Shown here in pieces: positions 55,817 to 64,000 of a stretch of 64,000 nt of DNA. The notes under the pieces are model-generated. The model was not told where the DNA came from. It did no database searches and worked only from the letters and a program-made list of their open reading frames with translations. The translations under genes were made by a program, and so were the position numbers. Position 1 is the first letter of the stretch. Each line of letters starts with the position of its first letter. The DNA is from Octopus vulgaris (Eukaryota): positions 44,888,001-44,952,000 of the forward strand of contig OX597828.1 in assembly GCA_951406725.2 (NCBI GenBank). The letters are read 5' to 3'.

Positions 55817-56071
55817 TATATGGGTACAGAATGTCACCAACTCTGTAGACAACATGAAATATGAAAATGCATACACACACATATATATATATATATGACA
55901 GGCTTTGTTTAGTTTCTGTCTACCAAATCCACTCACAAAGCCTTGTTTGGCCTGAGGCTACAGTAGAAGATACTTTGGCCAAGGCGCTTGGCAGTGGGAC
56001 TGAACATGGAACCATGTGGTTGGGAAGCAAACCTCCCATCACACAGCCATGCCTGCACAGATGCATATATA

Positions 56072-56112
<41 letters not shown>

Positions 56113-56390
56113 CGGAGATGTACTTGCATAGCAAGTAATTTGATCTGAGATCGTGTGCTGAAATGATCGTGTGCTGCAGATGCAGCACTGATTTTTGTCA
56201 GTGAACAGTTTGCGGTTTTAAAGCGACGAAAATATTTTGACAAATTAAACTTAAATGTTGAAGTGAATCGAACGGCTTTTGTGTGTTTCTTAAATGGCTT
56301 ACAAACACCTTCTACGCTGCAATTGTTATATATATAAATATATATATAAATATATATAAAAAATCTTGCACAACAAATATTTAAACGTAC

Positions 56391-56470
<80 letters not shown>

Positions 56471-56768
56471 AATCAAGTCTTCAGATAGATTTATGTTTTG
56501 AAAATCAGAGATTTATAATCTGCATTTCTTTTTCTTATTAAAAAGTTAAAATAATTAAAATAATCTATTATTCCACAAAGAAAGCATTAACATATTAAGT
56601 ACTGAACTTTTGAGAAGAATCTGTGTTATTTTTCAAAGAATTTTCCTAAATCAAAATATCAGAAGTAAATTGTTTTCTTTTATGCATCTGTTGGCATCTC
56701 CAAACATTTACTGTGACATGACAAGATTTCTGACAACCAGTAAGTTGCATGAATTCTGATTCACGTAC

Positions 56769-56834
56769 TTCAACATCGGTTTAGCTGCCGCCTGACATTC
56801 TTGAATGATTGATGGACCAAATTGTGCAGTCGTC
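56769..56834 (-). CDS. Candidate internal coding exon (TTAQFGPSIIQECQAAAKPML)
   Basis: Acceptor ttccactatttctag|, donor GAA|gtacgt, 66 nt open frame, GC-richer than the flanks. Confidence 0.55.
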
Positions 56835-56909
56835 CTAGAAATAGTGGAAACCAGTTAACAATATGTCGTGAAGTAATCCTGACCACTTTCTTACAAAAAC
56901 CCACTCCCA

Positions 56910-57290
56910 GATCATCATCGTCGTCATCGCTGTCATCATCGTCATCGCTGTCGTCATCGTCATCACCATCACCATGATCATCATCATTGTCATCATCATC
57001 ATCATCATCGTCATCTTCGTCATGATCATGATGATCATCATTGTAGTCATCATTGTCAACATTGTTGTCGTCATCATCATCATCATCCTCATCCTTATCA
57101 TCATAATCATTATCATCATCATCATCATCATCATCAACATCCTCCTCATCATCATCATCAACATTATCCCCATCATCATCCTCATCCTCATCATTCTCAT
57201 CCTCATCATACTCATCATCCTCATCATCATCATCTTCTTCATCCTCCTCCTCCTCTTCATCATTATCATCATCATCATTGTCAACTTCAC
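56910..57290. repeat. Degenerate (CAT)n microsatellite
   Basis: Directly visible. Confidence 0.9.
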
Positions 57291-58144
57291 CATCTTTGTT
57301 TTGGCTTCATTGTCACTCACACAGATATCCTTATCTTCTATCTTTTACTTGTTTCAGTCGTTGGACTGTGGCCATGCTACGGCACCACCTTGAAGGATTT
57401 AGTTGAACAAATCTGCTTCAGTACTTTTTTTTAAGACTGGTGCTGATTCTATCATTCTCTTTTTGCCATACCGCTAAGTTATGGGTACACACACACAAAG
57501 ATGTACACACATAGATATATATCTTTCCTTATATCTGTCACTTGTTTCACTCACTGGACTGCAGCCATGCTTAGGCATCCCCTTATAGGGTTTTAGATGA
57601 ACAAATCAACCCCAGCATGGGCTTTTTTTTTTTTTTTCAGTTTCCATCTACAAAATCTACATTCAAGATATTTGACAATCCGGGGCTGGGTCTATAGTAG
57701 AAACCACTTGCCCAAAGTTCCAATGAGTGGGACTGAGCCTGGAACCATGTAGTTAGGAACAAACATCCAGCCCCTCAGCTAGGCCTGAAACTGTATTTAA
57801 AACCAAAGACCAGCTTCATCTTCGTTGTATGCTTTTTATTGGTAGAATTGTCCACTGAAATTGGTGGCTAAAATTGGTGATTGGTAGCTGAGGTGTAAAT
57901 TTACTTATAAAATGTGATTTTTTGAGGATTCCTATGCCTCTCTGTTGCCATACAATTCCATTATTATGAATTTCATTTGGGAGCTTGAGTCACAGTGGAT
58001 CTTTCCTGTCACTCCTATGGATGTGTTGCAACTACAATTTTGTTAGAGTTTGGTGATCCTGTCTGTCAATCTTGTAGGATTCCTCTGTTCAGCATCGATT
58101 TAAGAAGCACCATTGGCTCAGTTGAACTACTCTTCCATTAAAAG

Positions 58145-58798
58145 AAAGGTAAAGACTCCTTTTGGTCATGAAAGTTCCTCTCTGAAGGCACAAGTCCAGA
58201 CAAGGTTGTTTATGGAAGACCAACAGTCACCCAAGCATACCATCCTCCCTTCTCTACACCACCAATGTTATCCAAGGGAAAGGCATAGGTTGATACAGCT
58301 TGACACCAGTGACGTCTTAACTCATTTCTACAGCTGGGTGAACTGGAGTAACATGGAACAAAGTGTCTTGCTCAAGAGGACAACAGCCCGATCCGGGAAT
58401 TGAACTCACAACCTATTGCTTGTGAGACCAACGCTCTAGCCACTGAGCTTTGCATCTTCACACTACTAAGACCCCCTTTGGTCATGACTGACCATGGAAT
58501 TGCACCTAGGAAGTTACCCTCCCAGGCACAAGTCTGGGCAAGGTTGTTTATGGAAGACCAGCAGTCGCCCATGCATACCAGCCACCTCTCTCCACGCCAC
58601 CGATGTTATCCAAGGGCAAAGGCTGACACAGCTTGGCACCTGTGACATCGCAACTCATTTCTACAGCTGAGTGAACTGGAGCAACACGAAATAAAGTGTC
58701 TTGCTCAAGAACACAACATGCAGCCCGGTCTGGGGTTCGAACTCACTACCTCATGATCATAAGCTCAACGCTCTTATCACTGAGCCATGCACCTTCAC
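58145..58798 (-). mobile_element. Two tandem tRNA-derived SINE copies (D-like head, different 3' body)
   Basis: ~58145-58460 and ~58468-58798 share CAAGGTTGTTTATGGAAGACC and AAAGTGTCTTGCTCAAG; B-box-like GTTCGAACCC on -. Confidence 0.7.
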
Positions 58799-59734
58799 AC
58801 CTTTAAATTACCCCTTCACAGTCTGCCATGCAGCAGTCCCGTGGCTTTGTTGTATCACTAGCAGGCTGGTTGAATGGTTGCTATGCTTTGCCAAAGAGTG
58901 GCCCCTAACTATACAGGGCACAGTCGTCACTCCATGTAGTATTTTCAAAATACCCACATAAAATATTACCTGGAGTAAATAGAATGTGAAAGATTTATCA
59001 CCCCTGTTTTTGCAGTACAGTTCAATTCATGACAAGCAATTATACTATAAGATCTTATATGCAGTAACTTTTAAAACTTCTTGACAGTAATCCCAAGAGA
59101 TTATCAATTTCATTTCTTTCCTCTAATATATTTCACTCTGATTATAGAATAGTTAAAAACTTCTGCCAGAATTTCATCTTCAATTTAAGCAACACCAAAA
59201 TGTCCTGACAACAGATTTGGCTTTGATTCAACTTCGTGCACTCTTTGGATTCTCCGTATCTATTTCGGTCGCTGTTGGTGAATGTCCACAAATAAGGCTA
59301 TTCTAAAATTAAATAGAACTCTAGTTCTAATTTATTTTCAGAACCTTGTTTCAACTGAATGATAGAAAAAAAATAATATATTTGTTCAAAATTAGTCGAA
59401 TATAATAAGAAATAATGATTATTATTTTGATTTATTTTTCATGCTTTTCTTCAATTTTTTATTCTGCCAGAAATATCAAATAAACATTTTATGTTTACAG
59501 CTATTTGATAGATTAGTCAATAAGTATTTGGTATATTACTTACTTCACCTTGGCACAGGCCCCTTCCTTCAGGTCACTACTACCACCATTCAAAACAATG
59601 CTTAAATATAGACACAGTACAAATTAATTCCAAAAGGATACCAAAATTATTTTGAGAAATTTATTTTTCATTTGACACCTCACAGTTTCATTTTTTTACA
59701 ACACCTATTGTTCTCCACTTTATACCCACTTCTA

Positions 59735-60296
59735 TTGGGTTGTCCGGAAAGTTTGTGCCAATTTTTAAAGGAAAGAAAAAGGTCAATAAATACTTGCTAT
59801 TACATTTTTAATCAACCAAATATGAACCATTTTGTTGCACAATGCATCTCCATCTTTCCTTTAACTTGAAAATAACTTCCCAGAATTGAGGTGGTTTCAT
59901 GGCAAAGAATTCATTAAGGTATCTTTTTACGTCATCCAAGGAATTGAAATTTTTACCATTAAGACTATTCTGCAGAGACCTGAATAAGTGGAAATCCAAA
60001 GGAGCAATAGCTGGTGAATATGGAGGGTGAGGTAATACATCCTAGCTGAATTGCAGCAATTTTTGTCTGGTTCCCAAAGCATCAAGTACCAAAAATGAAC
60101 TTTCTTATCTCCCATTTTAAAGGATTACAGAATTAATGCAGGTTATAGGGACATAAACCTTCTTCTACGAAAAGATAGCTTAAACTGTGCCCTAAATGGA
60201 AACGTAGTAAAATCCTATTTTATGGACTCAACCATGCTCTAAAATAAGTCGAAACGTAAGCTATATAAATTAGCACAAACTTTCCGGACAACCTAA
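59735..60296 (-). mobile_element. Internally deleted copy of the 42666 mariner
   Basis: Same TIR, TA TSD; MGDKKVHFWYLML joined to the RQKLLQ region; retains C-terminus KLKERWRCIVQQNGSYLVD*. Confidence 0.9.
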
Positions 60297-60540
60297 TAAT
60301 TACTACAGATCCTGTATAGCAGGTGTTGGCAAAAAGGGATAAATTATTCCAAATGGGGTAAAAACGAAATTCTTAGGGGTAATGAGGACTCATTAGACTT
60401 AAATAAAATTATAAAAAAAAAAAAACGTACTCCTTTTTATGATAGAAATTTTTCTTGTGGCACTGCTTCGCCTGTCCAATGGAATGGACATATAAATAGA
60501 TTGGTAATAACAGATTCATTATTCAATAAACCTTTTGAAT

Positions 60541-60825
60541 AGGTGTAGGAGTGTCTGTGTGGTACATAGCTTGCTTACCAGCCACATGGTTCTGGGTTCA
60601 GTCCCTCTGCGTGGCACCTTGGGCAAGTGTCTTCTACTATAGCCACAGGCCGACCAAAGCTTTGTAAGTGATTTGGTAGATGGAAACTGAAAGAAGACCG
60701 TCGTATATGTGTATACATATATATATGTGTGTGTGTCTGTGTTTGTCCCACCAACATCGCTTGACAACCGATTCTGGTGTGTTTATGTCGTCGTAACTTA
60801 GCGGTTTGGCAAAAGTGACCGATAT
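60541..60825 (+). mobile_element. SINE family A, 3' truncated
   Basis: Matches family A. Confidence 0.8.
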
Positions 60826-61039
60826 ACTATACATTGCCTACATCTTTTAGCTCTTACTTTTTTCAGTCAGTGCATTATGGCCATGCTAGAGCAAATCCTG
60901 AAAGGATTTTAGTTGAGAACATCGACTCCAGTACCATTTTTTCTTTTATGCCTGGTACTTATTATTATTGGTGTCTTTTGCCAAACCACAAATTTAAAGA
61001 GTTGTCAAGCAAGAGTAGGAGGATGGATACAGGCACAAA

Positions 61040-61096
<57 letters not shown>

Positions 61097-61109
61097 CAAT
61101 ATATATATA

Positions 61110-62107
61110 TGGGACACATAAGAGGTGCAGCAGTATCGTTGGAAGATTAACACAGAAAGTAGTCTTTACATGTGACAGATGTGCAGGTACATTAAATCAA
61201 GGATCCTTAAAGGTGATAGACAGCTTCCATTACTTAGATGACCGAGTTAGCAGTGGTAGAGGTTGTTCTGAAAGCATAGCTGCTAGAATAAGAACAGGCT
61301 GGGCAAAATTCAAAGAGCTACTACCTCTGTTGGTAATGAAAGGCAGATTGAACAGGTATTTTACATGGCAATGAGACATGGGCCATGACTACTGAGGACA
61401 TACAAAGGCTTGAAAGAAATGAAGCCAGCATGTTCTGCTGGATGGGTGATGTCAGTGTGTATATATGACAAAGTGTACAGGATTTGAGAGAGGAACTGAG
61501 TATATGAGGTGTCAGATGTAGGATACAAGAGAGGAGACTGCACTGGTATCATTATGTAATGCATATATTGATGAGGGCAGTTGCATCAAAAAGTACCGAT
61601 CTCTAATTGTGGAGGTAATGTGTGGAACGGGTAGAACCAGAAACATGTGGGGCAAAATGGTGAGAAAGGCTCATCAGACATTTGGCTTCACAGAGAGGAT
61701 GAGAGGAGGCTAAGACTTTCGGCAGTTTACTGTGCTTGAAAAGACACATGAAGGTAAATAAAATCTTTTTCTTTGCACACAGACATGTCCTCTGTATCAC
61801 TCTTCAGGTGAGTGATCCTAATTTTGCACACTCATGGAGTGATCCTAAACTTGTGAGCTTGTAGGTGCTTGTTTCACATAAAAAGAACCTGTGCTGGTGC
61901 CACATAACAGCACCTGGGTCAGTGCTGCATAAAGGCACCCAGTACATTCTGTAAAGTGGTTGGCATTATGAAGGGCATCCATCTGTAAAAACCACCCCCA
62001 AAACAGACACAGAGCCTGAGCAGCTCTTCAGCTGGTCTGTTCTTGTCCAACCAGCCAACTCATGCCAACATGGAAAATTGACATTAAATAATGATGATGA
62101 TAATGAT
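61110..62107 (+). pseudogene. Decayed RTE-like LINE 3' portion
   Basis: HKRCSSIVGRL..FTCDRC, VIDSFHYLDD..GCSESIAARIRTGWAKFKELLPLL, then a decayed RRLHWY and the family C-like tail. Confidence 0.8.
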
Positions 62108-63044
62108 GTGTGTGTGCGTGTGTGTAATGGGCTTCCACACAGTTTCCATCTATCACATTCACTCACAAGGAATTGGTTGGCCAGGAGACTATAGAAATAG
62201 ACACATGCCCAAGGGGCAATACAGAAGGTAGGCTGAACCCAAAGCCATCTGGTTGTAAAGCAAGTTTCATAACCCTGCAGCTAAGCCTTTCTTTTAGGCT
62301 TTTGATGTCAGATATCTTTTGAATCATTCATGTTTGGTTAAGTATTTTTTCATTCACTGATAGATATTGCCATCCTATGCAGTGTGTTTAACTTACTGTA
62401 AGGCATTAGGGGCCGATGCTGCACCATGTTGACTACACACACTTACCCAATTTTACAGCTAGATAGTTAGGAAATTGTTTAGCAAAAGGAGTCTTCTTAA
62501 GACTGCGTGCAGCAAACCATTAAATTAATAGTGTAGATAATATTCATATTGTTCTTCTTTCCATATATTGGAACTTCGTTAAAATTCATTCAAGCAATGA
62601 AACAGACAAATATTAAATTGAAATATTGCCAAATTGTCTTTTAAACATTGGTTTCGGTAAATCTATTGACGAATTTGAAATTTGGAATTCATTTCTTAAA
62701 TCAAGCATGACTTGCTTGCTGCCTTCAGTGAGCAACGGTTTTTCTTTACTGCTTTTACAGTTTGCTTGCATGAAAAGGTAAAACTAGGTGAAGTGGAATG
62801 ACTTACAGGATTGGAAAAACTTCTAAACATTCTGTCGTCTATTAATTCCTTTAATGTAGAAGATAATCAAGCATAAACAATATTCAAAATTTTTTAAAAA
62901 ATGGGAAAAAGATAAACGTAAAATTCTAATCACTAAAGTTACAGATAACCTGATCTGTGAGAGTGTCCAGCAGCAAAGCAATGATCTGTGTTGTATTTGT
63001 AACAAAACATCTAATTTTCCCTCCTTAATCAGTCCCACTAGGTA

Positions 63045-63403
63045 GTGGGTAGCAATTTTCTTCACTACTTCAGGGAGTGATGACCCTGCCTGACACAAGT
63101 CCCGGGCTCAACTGGCTCCAGCTGACAGTACCCGGTATGGGTCCCTATAATAATAGAGACAAATACTATCAGATCATTGATGTAGCCATATCAAATGACA
63201 TGAATGTTGTAAGGAGATTGAAGAAACCACCAAGTACTCCGAATTGAAAGTGGAAATGGCAAGACTGTATGGAACACAAGAAGGTAATGTAAAAGGTAAA
63301 TGGGTAGCGATTTACTTCACTACTTCAAGGAGTGACGACCCTGCCTGACACGAGTCCCAGACTTAGCTGGCTCTAGCTGACAGTACCCAGTATGGGCCCC
63401 TAT
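63045..63403 (+). repeat. ~100-bp direct repeat (63045-63147, 63301-63403) flanking an R4/Dong-like endonuclease fragment
   Basis: Spacer encodes IIDVAISNDMNVV..EIEETTKYSELKVEMARLY (frameshifted). Confidence 0.6.
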
Positions 63404-64000
63404 CCAGGGTTACAGAAAGGAGACAACCTTCAAAGAAATCTGGAGTAGAGCCCTGTAGATGGTTTAGTGTTCAACTTGACACTCTTCCAGCAGCTCCTGA
63501 AATCAAGCTGGTGCCAAACGTAAGCAAGGTTGAGAGAGGAATCCTGACGATTGGGCTACCCAGGATTTTCTTACATCTAGCCCAGGTCTGCGCAAAACTG
63601 GAGAGGACATTGAAATGTAAAAACCAGACTGGATTAGTTTATGTTTAACACCATTGTCTCCTGAGACAAAAGGATGCTAACAAAAAAATCAGTCCCTCTA
63701 ACTGTAAATTTATTTCATTGATTGCAACATCTTTTAGATTTACTAATTAATGTTCATATATACTTATAAGTTAGCAGAATCATTAACAATCTAGGTAAAG
63801 AGTTTAGAAGCATTTCATCCATCTTTACAGTCTGTGTTAAAATTGTGTCAACATTGACTTTGCTTCTCATCCTTTTGGAGTTGATAAACGAAGTACCAGT
63901 TGAGCACTGGGGTCGATGAAATTGACTTATCCCCACCTCAGAAATTGTTGGTCTTAAGCTAATATGAATGCACACTTCCAGGTAGTGAGCTGGCAGAATC

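Noticed and set aside
55472-55864. Recurrent peptide MPRSGTEPGTMWLVSKLLTTQPLL
   Set aside because: Antisense translation of SINE A, repeated in many copies with frameshifts

Overview
This is eukaryotic, very AT-rich, repeat-saturated DNA. The SINE/LINE families and microsatellite load resemble an octopod cephalopod (Octopus-like) genome, which is an inference. Almost every ORF in the supplied track is a microsatellite or SINE translation artefact. The window holds about 25 copies of one tRNA-derived SINE with an internal TA/TG microsatellite, other SINE families, and RTE-like LINE 3' ends with a minisatellite 3' UTR. It also holds mariner DD34D and Tc1 DD36E remnants, hAT and Tc2-like MITEs, two Helitron-type elements, a probable solo LTR and R4/Dong-like endonuclease fragments. 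Two phase-compatible short minus-strand exons of an unidentified host gene are present, so most of the window is probably intronic. The most striking signal is a population of short Penelope-like elements embedded in (TA)n tracts. They often fold back on themselves and carry at least three families of minimal type-I hammerhead ribozyme motifs plus one type-II-like hammerhead. A pre-miRNA-like hairpin lies in unique sequence. All calls come from reading by eye; no alignments, folding or database searches were run, and many boundaries are approximate.
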